Shown here in pieces: positions 55,953 through 64,000 of a stretch of 64,000 nucleotides of DNA. Source of the stretch: a candidate division WOR-3 bacterium UBA2258 (GTDB taxonomy: Bacteria > Hydrothermota > Tepidihabitantia > Tepidihabitantales > Tepidihabitantaceae). Positions within the stretch are counted from its first letter, which is position 1. The number at the start of each line of letters is the position of its first letter. Under the pieces are notes generated by a model that saw only the letters and a list, made by a program, of their open reading frames with translations, was not told the DNA's origin and did not search any database. The translations under genes were made by a program, and so were the position numbers. Where the stretch lies: assembly GCA_002347155.1 (NCBI GenBank), contig DDXO01000013.1, positions 3,624 through 67,623 on the forward strand, in the 5' to 3' direction.

Positions 55953-57240
55953 CGCGGCCCCCCTGCGTACGCATCGCCTCGGGCTGGTGGCCATTGGTGT
56001 TCACCGTTCGGTCCATGTCGACGCCAAGTAGTTCCACATAGGCCGCCTTGACCCTGTCGTGCAACTGGAGCCAGAGGTTGCCGTTCTTCCCTGCCGCGTT
56101 CGGGTTGGCCCCAAGACCGCGGCACGTATCGAAGGCGATCCTCCACAGGCTCCCTCCGAACCGAAGCCAGAACTGACGAAGGTCTGAAACCTTCCACGTC
56201 AGCCCAGAATCCGTCTTCTTCAGCAGGAATCTGAGAGACGCCAAGACTGGATACACGACGCCGTCCGGGATGTAGTAGTTGATCTTCTCGTCGCGCCCAA
56301 CAGGTCCTTTCCAGAAGTGAAGAGTAGTCTTGCGCCGCTGGTCGACGAAGCTAAGCCGGAGGAACCTGCCGCCATCCCCTTCGGAGTTGTACTGGTCACG
56401 CGCGTAGTAGCGGATGAAGTCGTACATCTGGAGAATGTCCCGCAGCACTGGCCGCAGGGCTTCGTAATCCGCTGCGTTGTCCTCGAACGTGGAAAGGACC
56501 CTGGCCTTGGAGACATACGCATCCAGCGGGTGGTTCTTCTCGTTGTACTTCTCCACGTTGAACAGCGTCATCAAGGCGATTACGTCCCTAACGCTGAAGG
56601 GCTCTGGGCCGAACATCTTGTACTGAATCACGTCGCTCCAATCGCGCAGTTCCTCTTTGAGCCAGATGAACTTGTGAGCAAGGTTGAGCAAGGAACGATC
56701 GTCCACTTGAACCGATGTATTGCGGGTTTCAGCCAGATCTATTATGAGATTGCGGTCCAGCCCCGTCAGCACTTCCAGCCGCACGAATTGCGGTTTGGTC
56801 TCGTCGGCCGAGTCAGGGCACACCGTCCACTCATCCGGAGATGAGACCACCTGCCGAATGATGCGATACGTGTGTCCACCGTCGATGATACCATGTACGT
56901 CCTCGTCGTCGAACACGAGGCGAAGAGCCTCCTTCTTGTTGTCGTAGTCCGCCTCCGCCACGGAGAGAGTTATTCCACGATTCAGCATGTGGAACTTGCC
57001 GTCGCGGCGACGTAGCGATGAGGCGATGTCCTTCGCTACTGCGGTGGTCAGCTTCTGCTCGCGGGGGTTGGTTTTCTCCAACGGCAGGTCGCGTTTGTTC
57101 GCGATTTCCTCGACGTTACACAGCGCGTAAAAGCTGTCGCCGAAGTCGTTGGGATTCTTCAGCCGGCGGACATTGTCAGGGCGGACCTGATAGGATATGA
57201 CGAACTTACTGTTGGGAGGCATTACCTCTCCTTTTGGCAT
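55945..57240 (-). CDS. AIPR/DGQHR-like (ParB-nuclease-superfamily-like) abortive-infection-type protein
   Basis: 431 aa. Motifs MLNRGITL and IIDGGHTYRII resemble the AIPR NNGIT and DndB DGQHR boxes. Sits between the R-M genes and CBASS, 2 nt from the CD-NTase start. Confidence 0.35.
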   Translation of the reverse strand: MPKGEVMPPNSKFVISYQVRPDNVRRLKNPNDFGDSFYALCNVEEIANKRDLPLEKTNPREQKLTTAVAKDIASSLRRRDGKFHMLNRGITLSVAEADYDNKKEALRLVFDDEDVHGIIDGGHTYRIIRQVVSSPDEWTVCPDSADETKPQFVRLEVLTGLDRNLIIDLAETRNTSVQVDDRSLLNLAHKFIWLKEELRDWSDVIQYKMFGPEPFSVRDVIALMTLFNVEKYNEKNHPLDAYVSKARVLSTFEDNAADYEALRPVLRDILQMYDFIRYYARDQYNSEGDGGRFLRLSFVDQRRKTTLHFWKGPVGRDEKINYYIPDGVVYPVLASLRFLLKKTDSGLTWKVSDLRQFWLRFGGSLWRIAFDTCRGLGANPNAAGKNGNLWLQLHDRVKAAYVELLGVDMDRTVNTNGHQPEAMRTQGGRDA

Positions 57241-57428
57241 TTACTCCCGTGCGTAGGATGCCATCCTGTCGCACTCGGCCTAGCTGCAATATGCAGCAGG
57301 CGTATAGATGATACCCCAAAAGGCCCTCGCGTCAAGATCAGGAGTGCCAGTTTCTATCGCGGCGATCACAGACGGCCGATTTGGAGTTGGCCTTCATCGA
57401 GGACATGCTGGACGTACGGGCCAGGAAG

Positions 57429-58049
57429 TCAAATGCGCGGGAGCGACACCGTGTTTGCTCCGCCATTCAGAACGTCCACGAGGACAAAGAATTCCTTGTC
57501 GTGGACCATAGGGTTGTAGTTCATGGGGACGGCGTCGCGGTTGACCATGATGATCCTGAAATCAGCCTCTACGGCAGGTTCCCGTAGCTTCTTGAGCGCC
57601 GCGCATTTCTTCTTCTGGAAGAACGTGTCTGCGACGTTGAATGCCTCGCCCACAAGCCTAACACCGTTTGACTCTGCCTCGATGTCGAAGCCCGTCGCTC
57701 CTTCATTGCCGTACTTCACGGTGTACGCCTTGAATGGAAACTGCCCGCTATTGCCAAAAAGGTGTCTTACCCCGTGGAGGATGACCAAGTCAGTCATAAC
57801 GCGATTGGCCCCTTCAAACCATGAGAGCGCCTTCGAATAGGGCCAATTCCTGACCTTCTCTCTCTTGAGCGCGTGCATCAGTTGCAGCCCGAACTTGGCT
57901 GCAATAGGGCCCAGGTTGAGGGTCTCTGCCCGCCTCGTGTATTCGGTGACGGATCGTCGGATGTTTGATTTGGTGAGCCTGGATGGCGGCATCGACCACT
58001 TAGGGAATGAGATTCCGCCCGGCCGGGCCTTCACCTTCATCGCCGACAT
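57429..58049 (-). CDS. Hypothetical protein in the R-M/defense module
   Basis: 207 aa from MSAMKVKARPGG…. Possible acidic motif FDIEAES…VGEAF. Co-directional with neighbours and 10 nt from the upstream gene. Confidence 0.35.
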   Translation of the reverse strand: MSAMKVKARPGGISFPKWSMPPSRLTKSNIRRSVTEYTRRAETLNLGPIAAKFGLQLMHALKREKVRNWPYSKALSWFEGANRVMTDLVILHGVRHLFGNSGQFPFKAYTVKYGNEGATGFDIEAESNGVRLVGEAFNVADTFFQKKKCAALKKLREPAVEADFRIIMVNRDAVPMNYNPMVHDKEFFVLVDVLNGGANTVSLPRI

Positions 58050-58059
58050 GCCACATCCC

Positions 58060-58920
58060 TCACTTGAGGGTGGTGGCACTGGCTTCGTCCGGCGGTTCGA
58101 TGCCAAGATACTCCCGATAGATACGCTCGCGATACTTCGGCCCTATCTCGTTTACGGCAGCGATGAAGGACTTGTACGTCCCTCTGCCGCCAATCTTGTC
58201 CCAGAACTCGTCGCCGATAAGCACCACTTCGTCTTCGCGCATGTTGAACCAGCGCGCGGGGAAACTCCATGCGTAGTCTTCTCGGCGACCGTATGGGTTG
58301 TATGGCAGCGCGTAGTACGCCGCCGTGACCTGCCGGGGTTCCATGCTGTAGAGCTTCAGCATCTTCTCTTTGCTAACCTTGGTCTGGTCGCTGTTCGGCA
58401 GCGGGGCTTTCAGCTCGAAGGCGTAGCTCTCGCCGGTCTTCTTGCTCTTTGCATACACGTCGCATATCACGGTAACGGGGACCGCGTTTCCCTTGCCGGC
58501 CAGTATGTAGGAAAGTTCCTTATTCCAGTCGGGCTTTGTGCGGGCAGTCCCTCTCGCTGTATGCTCCAAGCGATTCAGGGTTTCCATTATGCGACGAAGC
58601 CTCTCCGCGCCCACGGTTCCGGATATCTCGTACCCCACGGCCCCAAAGCCCAGGCCCTGCTCTGCTGCTGTCCGAGCAAGAACTTCCCAAGCAGTGCCGA
58701 ATGGAGTGACGAATCGTCTCTCAAAGTGCGAGCCCTTGAACACCTCATCCGGCACGAGGGCAGCGTAGAGCGGTCTCTTAGCCCGATGCTGGTCAACGAG
58801 GAAGGGGTCTTTCACGAGCACCTTCTCCATGACGCGGTCCATCATCGCGGATATGACGGCCTGAATCGCGACCTTTACGCTTGCGCGCCGGTCCGCGGCC
58901 ATTGCATCGTTGTCTTCCAT
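58060..58920 (-). CDS. Putative PD-(D/E)xK restriction endonuclease (type II R-M partner)
   Basis: Candidate catalytic core …VICDVYAKSKKTGESYAFELKAP (D…ExK). 4 nt downstream of the methyltransferase. Confidence 0.45.
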   Translation of the reverse strand: MEDNDAMAADRRASVKVAIQAVISAMMDRVMEKVLVKDPFLVDQHRAKRPLYAALVPDEVFKGSHFERRFVTPFGTAWEVLARTAAEQGLGFGAVGYEISGTVGAERLRRIMETLNRLEHTARGTARTKPDWNKELSYILAGKGNAVPVTVICDVYAKSKKTGESYAFELKAPLPNSDQTKVSKEKMLKLYSMEPRQVTAAYYALPYNPYGRREDYAWSFPARWFNMREDEVVLIGDEFWDKIGGRGTYKSFIAAVNEIGPKYRERIYREYLGIEPPDEASATTLK

Positions 58921-58924
58921 GTGG

Positions 58925-60229
58925 CTACGCCTTTCTCCAAACCAGGACGTTCTCGTAGAAGTCGCCGCTGCGTCTCCCTGTGCGGCGGTTCACGTGTCTG
59001 CGCAGAATGTGCTCGACCCGAACTCCAACACGTTTGGCTATTCCGCCATAGAGGTCGTGACGGTCGCCGACTACTACGACCATGACTCCATCTTTGGTCA
59101 AGTGCTTGAGCGTGTGGTCGAAGACGTCCGAGATGCCGTCCACATAGGCCTGTTTCGCCTTCACGGATGATCCTCGCTTGGCTGGCCCTATCTCCTGAGG
59201 TTCAGCGGACCGACTCAGCCCGAGAAGTTCATAGGCATACCTGTGTTGTTCATGGTAGTCAATAAGCCCGACGTAAGGCGGCGACGTCATGACCATCTCG
59301 ACCTTGGGAAACTTGATGAGGCGTGCGTCGCCATTGATGACGGACACGGCGGCATCCTTGCGCAGCCGGGTGTATTCACGAACGCGGGCGAGCGTGTCCC
59401 AGCAATAGCGCACGATGAACTTGTACGCACTTGTGGTCGGATGGCAGGTGCGGCTGTGCTTGTAGCAGTCGTATGGTTCGGTCTGCGGGCGCTTTGGGAA
59501 GTCGAGGTCGAAGTGAGTCGTCTGCCGCGCCGACCGGGCGGCGCGGCTCAGGATGACCTTCAAAAGATCCTGATGTTCGTGTTGCGGAATCAGGTCACGG
59601 AACGTAAGTAGCTCAGAAAGCGCCCGCGGGTGGAACCACTTGGTCAGATACTCGTTGTCGGTCGTCCTTAGTTCGTGGTCCCCGAAAAGAGATGGCTCCT
59701 GACTTGCGTGGGCCAGTTCGTTGAATTCCCGCAGGATGCCCTTGATGTCGCGGTCCACACGAACGATGTCATAGCGGGCGGTCTTCACTCCGGCGAGAAG
59801 GCAGTTGAACGGCGAGATGTCGCAGCCAATCGAGTCAATGCCGAGTACGGAAGCCTCAACCAATGTGGTTCCAGACCCGCAGAACGGGTCGTACACCCGC
59901 CGCGGCGCGTACTTGCGCAGGAAAATCTCCACCAGTTGAGGTATGTACTTGCCGAGGTAGGGATGGAGCCTGTGGACGTGCTTGGTTCTAATGCGTTCCG
60001 GCAGGTCGTGCTCGCGCCAGTTGAGGTTAAGTGTTCCAAGGAGCGTGTCGGTGGTGACGCTTGCGAAGTCGGTTAAGGGCGGAGCGTCATAGATTGGGTT
60101 GTAGCCAAGTGGCGCATCGCTGGCCAGAAGCTGGTCACCGTTAGTTTCCTCTGTGTCGTTAGCATCACGAACGACCGGCCTGCGCAGCTTGCTCTTGGAA
60201 GCCCGGCGGGTAGGGCGTTTCTTGGCCAC
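58925..60229 (-). CDS. DNA methyltransferase (N6-adenine or N4-cytosine), alpha-type motif order
   Basis: Motif I VYDPFCGSGTT and motif IV TSPPY. Basic N-terminal tail. Confidence 0.8.
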   Translation of the reverse strand: MAKKRPTRRASKSKLRRPVVRDANDTEETNGDQLLASDAPLGYNPIYDAPPLTDFASVTTDTLLGTLNLNWREHDLPERIRTKHVHRLHPYLGKYIPQLVEIFLRKYAPRRVYDPFCGSGTTLVEASVLGIDSIGCDISPFNCLLAGVKTARYDIVRVDRDIKGILREFNELAHASQEPSLFGDHELRTTDNEYLTKWFHPRALSELLTFRDLIPQHEHQDLLKVILSRAARSARQTTHFDLDFPKRPQTEPYDCYKHSRTCHPTTSAYKFIVRYCWDTLARVREYTRLRKDAAVSVINGDARLIKFPKVEMVMTSPPYVGLIDYHEQHRYAYELLGLSRSAEPQEIGPAKRGSSVKAKQAYVDGISDVFDHTLKHLTKDGVMVVVVGDRHDLYGGIAKRVGVRVEHILRRHVNRRTGRRSGDFYENVLVWRKA

Positions 60230-60338
60230 GGCCTAATCTACGCAATCGGCGTGGACAGTCAAGCGGGCGCGCGGGCAGGGTGAGGCGCGGCGGAGGCGAT
60301 GGCGACTGTAGAACGAGACTGAGGAGTGAGGTCGGAGG

Positions 60339-60371
60339 ATGGAGGATTCACGTCAGGACCTGAGGACGGAG
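60339..60371. repeat. 33-bp direct repeat ATGGAGGATTCACGTCAGGACCTGAGGACGGAG; left copy, in purine-rich low-complexity DNA
   Basis: Identical copy at 61311-61343. The two copies bracket the MazEF-like module. Confidence 0.6.
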
Positions 60372-60594
60372 CACAGCGCGCGTAGGACGCGCAAGTCAAA
60401 GTGCAAAATGCAGATATCAAAATGCAGAATGCCACGAAGTGGAATCTGCCACGAAATCAGGAGCAAGGAAGAGACCATCTTCGCGAAAACAGGGACGATG
60501 TGGCGTTGCAGTACGGAGGCGCGACGGAGACGTCGGGGGAAGGACGGAAGATGGAAGAATGAGGATGCAGGATGGAGGGCGGAGGAGCGGAATC

Positions 60595-60936
60595 TTAACT
60601 CATCAGCCAATCTGCCAATCGGCGCTTGATGCGTTGCAGTCTGTCCGGCATGACCTGGCCGATGGCCCCGAGAAACACGCGCTCTTCCGCGACCGCCAGT
60701 CGGCCAACGCGAACCAGGCTTGCAGCCTTGAGTCCGCTCGCTGAATAGTCGGCGTCGTCTTCTCGAATCACTTCATCAAACCCGGGGACTTGGAGGTGAA
60801 CCTGCGAGGACACCATGCTGATGAGCCAATCGCCGAATCTGCCCGGCAGCTTCCCGATGACCAAGGCCGGACGCAGCTTGCCTGAGTCGAGATCAGTCTG
60901 GGGAAACCGAAAGAGTACGACCTGGCCAGGCCGCAC
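60595..60936 (-). CDS. MazF/PemK-family toxin
   Basis: Sequence MRPGQVVLFRFPQTDLDSGKLRPALVIG… is the PemK fold signature. Confidence 0.7.
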   Translation of the reverse strand: MRPGQVVLFRFPQTDLDSGKLRPALVIGKLPGRFGDWLISMVSSQVHLQVPGFDEVIREDDADYSASGLKAASLVRVGRLAVAEERVFLGAIGQVMPDRLQRIKRRLADWLMS

Positions 60937-61160
60937 TACGAAAACACTTCCTTCAGGTCGGACGGTGAGTAGGTTGGACTTTCCTCGTTCTCCATCCCCC
61001 GCATGGCGCTGGACAGCGAGAAGCTCATCCAGTCTCGGTCTTGGTCAATGGCCTCGCCGTCGCCTCTGTCCCGCAGGGACTTCACGAAATCGCGCACCTC
61101 AGCCTGGAGCTTGTCCGGGAGACCTTTCATCAGTCTGATTGTCTCTTCGACTGTACTCAT
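60936..61160 (-). CDS. Small antitoxin (DUF2281-like) coupled to the MazF-like toxin
   Basis: 74 aa. ATGA overlap with the toxin. …LQAEVRDFVKSLRD… pattern. Confidence 0.5.
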   Translation of the reverse strand: MSTVEETIRLMKGLPDKLQAEVRDFVKSLRDRGDGEAIDQDRDWMSFSLSSAMRGMENEESPTYSPSDLKEVFS

Positions 61161-61310
61161 AGTTGCACCTTCTTACGTTGAGCCAATATAGCCCGACTAA
61201 CCAGCCAAGTCAAGCGGCAGCCGGGCGGCGCGGCGCAGCGGAGGTGAGAAAAAGAGAGAGGACTGAGGAATGAGGAAGGAGGAATCCGGGAATAGGATGG
61301 AGGTCGGAGA

Positions 61311-61343
61311 ATGGAGGATTCACGTCAGGACCTGAGGACGGAG
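61311..61343. repeat. 33-bp direct repeat; right copy
   Basis: Perfect match to 60339-60371, also preceded by GACTGAGGARTGAGG. Confidence 0.6.
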
Positions 61344-61386
61344 GACGAGAAAAGGAGTGAAGATGGAGGAATGAGGATGGAGGAAC

Positions 61387-61829
61387 TCACAGTCTGCGTC
61401 TCCGGGATTTCGAAGGTCTATCGCGGGCGATGAAGTCGGAGCTGGGACCGGTTCGGTCATCGTCCAAGGTCACAATTTGTGATCTTAGAGCCGCCTCGCT
61501 TGAGGTCACATTTTGTGACCTCAAAGCCCGCGCCTCGTCATCGGTCAACTGGAACATGAAGTCCTCGGGGAAGCGCCCGGCGTTGCGCTTGGCGGCCTGG
61601 TTTAAAGCCTTGGTGCTCACGCGTAGAGCGCGGCGAGGTCGCGACTCAGCATCACCTTCTTCCCCCGGATGACCAGAATCGCCCCTTCGATCCGCTCAGA
61701 CGGAATCAGGTAACCAGTGTCGGCCGCTGCCATTGTTCCCTGCCGCAGCGAAGAACGATAAACGTCCTGACGAAGAACGGCGTGCGCGCTCCACCAGCGT
61801 GCTTCAGCACGAGTGAGTATGTTAGGCAT
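61387..61829 (-). pseudogene. Frameshifted ORF6N-domain (KilA-N/RhuM-like) gene
   Basis: N-terminus …ILVIRGKKVMLSRDLAALYA in one frame and …FMFQLTDDEARALRSQNVTS…RSQIVTL in another. Internal 23-bp direct repeat at 61470/61503. Confidence 0.5.
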
Positions 61830-61861
61830 GAAATGACGTTAGTCAAGCCCAAGCCGGCCCC

Positions 61862-61985
61862 CCAGACCCGACATTGAACCACAAAGACACCAAGAACACC
61901 AAGCAGACAGAGCCGACTTCCGTCCTCACCCTCTTTGTGTCTTGGTGCCTTGGTGGTGATCTCCTATGTCGGATTCTGGGCGGCC
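61862..61985. repeat. MITE-like element, short copy of the 13125-13350 family
   Basis: Left end CCCCAGACCCGACATTGAACCACAAAGACACCAAGAACACCAAGCAGACAGAGCCG; right end CTCTTTGTGTCTTGGTGCCTTGGTGG…GTCGGATTCTGGG (inverted). Confidence 0.45.
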
Positions 61986-62109
61986 CAAGGCGGCCTACGG
62001 TCGACGGCCTCCTGGCATTTCAGATTGCAGGTTGCAGATTGGAGATTGCAGATTGATCCGGATGAGCAGCAGCCATGCCGGGTGGCTCGGTCTGTGGGTG
62101 TTGTGCGGG

Positions 62110-63174
62110 CTACTTGCGGCGGAAGAAGCGGTCCAGGCCGTCGAGGGCTAGGTCGGCGAACTTGCGGGCGAGGTCCTTGTCCTTGCATTTCTCGAGTGCA
62201 TCGGCCAGCACTTTTTCACGCTCAGGCGTTCTGGGCAGCGTGTCGTAGGCGTCGCTCGCAAGCGACGTAAGCCAATTGTCCCACAGGGACCACTCGGCAG
62301 CCGAACGGTCCGCGGTCTGGACCGCTGCGGTCGCAGCGGAGAGCGCCGTCGTAATGTACGCCTGCCGAGTGAGCATTTCCGGGGTCATCGTTCTCTTCTG
62401 ACGCTCAAGCCAGGTCGGCTTGCGGCGCGGTTTCGGCGGCTCGGGCTCGGCCCCGAACGCGCCGGTCGTTTCCATCCGGCTGAAGAGCTCGACCACGCGG
62501 TCGCGCACCAGCCTCACGTCCTTCTCGGAGAGCACATGCGCGGCCACACCTTCACCGACAACCCGCGCCATCCGCCTGAGCCGCACGTGCCCCAGCCTCC
62601 CCCGGGTCGAGCTGAGCGCACCCCAGAACTTCCTTGCGAGGAGATGAAGGTACTGCCGCTCGGTGGCGGCAAGGCCGTGCCCGACCTCTGTCTCAAGGTA
62701 CTTCACGAGGATGTCGAGTCGCTTGCGCCGGCTGGCTGCCGCTGCCAGGTTCACGACCCGCTTCACCCGCTCTTCTGAGGATAGCGGCGGCTTGCCCTCG
62801 AACCGCCTTGCCACGGTCGTCTTGATGTCGTACGCGAGCGCCTGATTCCCGATCTGTGCGGGCAGGACATCGGTCACCCTGGCTACTGCCTCGCTTCCCT
62901 GTTTCTCGACCGGCAACGGTTGTGAAGTGTACTGGTCCAGCAGATCGGCAATCTCGCTGAAGCTCGCCCGGCACGCCCGCAGGTAGTCGGCCACCAGCGA
63001 TAGAGTGGGGTTCGAGTGCAGGCCTGACTCCAGCCGCGACACCAACGCCTGATCCAGACTGCCGCCGGCAAGTCCAGCCAGCTCAGCCTGAGTCAGCGAG
63101 GCCCTTTTGCGGAGTGACCGCAGCCTCAGGCCCAGCTCCCTGGTCATCGGCAAGTCGTCAGTTTCTCGGCTCAA
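62110..63174 (-). CDS. XRE-family HTH transcriptional regulator with a long C-terminal domain
   Basis: HTH region LRSLRKRASLTQAELAGLAGGSLDQALVSRLESG. Confidence 0.6.
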   Translation of the reverse strand: MSRETDDLPMTRELGLRLRSLRKRASLTQAELAGLAGGSLDQALVSRLESGLHSNPTLSLVADYLRACRASFSEIADLLDQYTSQPLPVEKQGSEAVARVTDVLPAQIGNQALAYDIKTTVARRFEGKPPLSSEERVKRVVNLAAAASRRKRLDILVKYLETEVGHGLAATERQYLHLLARKFWGALSSTRGRLGHVRLRRMARVVGEGVAAHVLSEKDVRLVRDRVVELFSRMETTGAFGAEPEPPKPRRKPTWLERQKRTMTPEMLTRQAYITTALSAATAAVQTADRSAAEWSLWDNWLTSLASDAYDTLPRTPEREKVLADALEKCKDKDLARKFADLALDGLDRFFRRK

Positions 63175-63777
63175 TCATCACCTCTGAATATGTAGTATAC
63201 AACATTCTCCCCAAACCGCCAGTCCGCGTCCTAACTCCTCTATCCTCAATCCTCTATCTTCTCTCCTCGCCCGGATCCCTCCTACGCCTCCCCCGCAGCT
63301 ATCCGCGCTACTTCGGAAGTCACGTCGCGAGGAGCTTGGTGAGGAACGACGAAGGCTACTTGTCCGGTTACTTCCAGCGCTACTTCTTCCGCGATTTCGC
63401 GAGCAACGACGACAGCTTCTTGTCGAGTTCCTTGCCAAGTAACGAGCACCGTTCCATCCCGAGGTCCTTGCCGAGTAACAGCCCACTTTCCAGTGCAGGT
63501 TCCTTTCCGGAATACTCGACAGATAACCTTGAGACCAACGTGCAGAGCTTCTTGGAGAAGTACAAGGAGAGCTGCGATGTGCGCCGCGGCTCGTATCAAG
63601 TGAGAACAGGCGCTGTCGGCTACGGCTGCGACCCCGCTCGCGGAAAGCGGTCTCTGGACTGCGGGAGCGAACTGTCCGACAGGGGCTCCTGCCAACCCCC
63701 GCTTTGTCCTTTCATATGCCCCGAAAGGCGGCAGCTTCTGCTGCCGCACTCCAAGGCAGCTAACGCTGCACGGCGAC

Positions 63778-64000
63778 TACTGCTGTCGGCCCAGTTCTTT
63801 CTCGCCGAACACCTGACCGGTGAAGCAGAAGAGCTGCGCGTCCTTCTCCTTGTAGGAGTTCGGCGGCAGTCCGGCTTTCAGGCAGGTGTGGGTAAGGAAC
63901 TGCTCGCGGTTCCAGCCCTGCTCGACCGGTACCTGCGGCAGGAGCAACCCTGAACGATAGCCCTTTCGTATGACGAGGCCGTGCTTGCCGACGACGACCG
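63778..64000 (-). CDS. AMMECR1-domain protein; C-terminal part only, the gene continues beyond the window end
   Basis: Minus-strand translation …LLPQVPVEQGWNREQFLTHTCLKAGLPPNSYKEKDAQLFCFTGQVF…, then a stop at 63778. Confidence 0.55.

Noticed and set aside
63114-63953. 279-aa plus-strand ORF
   Set aside because: Overlaps the HTH regulator's 5' end and the AMMECR1 gene on the opposite strand. Low-complexity Ser/Leu-rich translation.

Overview
This 64-kb window is high-GC bacterial DNA, probably from an uncultivated lineage. Several secreted proteins end in a T9SS-type C-terminal sorting domain, which suggests an FCB-group, Gemmatimonadota-like or candidate-phylum organism. Identifiable housekeeping genes are an ssrA/tmRNA gene, dnaN, xseAB, an rnfCDGEAB operon and an RRM RNA-binding protein. 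There is a glutaconate-type CoA-transferase, acyl-CoA dehydrogenase and hbd cluster. There is also a HypA homologue, two tandem giant DUF2723/TPR membrane-protein paralogs, cdaA, folP, an ornithine aminotransferase, arfB and an ABC-F ATPase. The accessory content is the main point of interest. Four tandem paralogous BNR-repeat T9SS proteins and a stand-alone double-TIR protein lie immediately 3' of ssrA. A defense island at about 50.8-63.2 kb carries, on the minus strand, a DNA methyltransferase with a PD-(D/E)xK nuclease and an AIPR/DGQHR-like protein. Tightly linked to these is a complete type III CBASS-like operon: CD-NTase, HORMA-like, TRIP13-like AAA+ and a TIR-like-SAVED effector. The island also has DUF433/DUF5615 and MazEF-like toxin-antitoxin pairs (plus a separate HicAB pair at about 32.2 kb), an ORF6N pseudogene and an HTH regulator. 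Intergenic space is packed with several families of short dispersed MITE-like elements. One is inserted in-frame in hypA, and another donates the C-terminus of a gene. There is a 24-bp tandem array upstream of hicAB. A conserved extended promoter module (CCGATTTGACATCCCCGCCCGCGA-N3-TAGAAT) drives near-leaderless small secreted or membrane proteins. Many alternative-frame ORFs in the track are artefacts of the high GC content.
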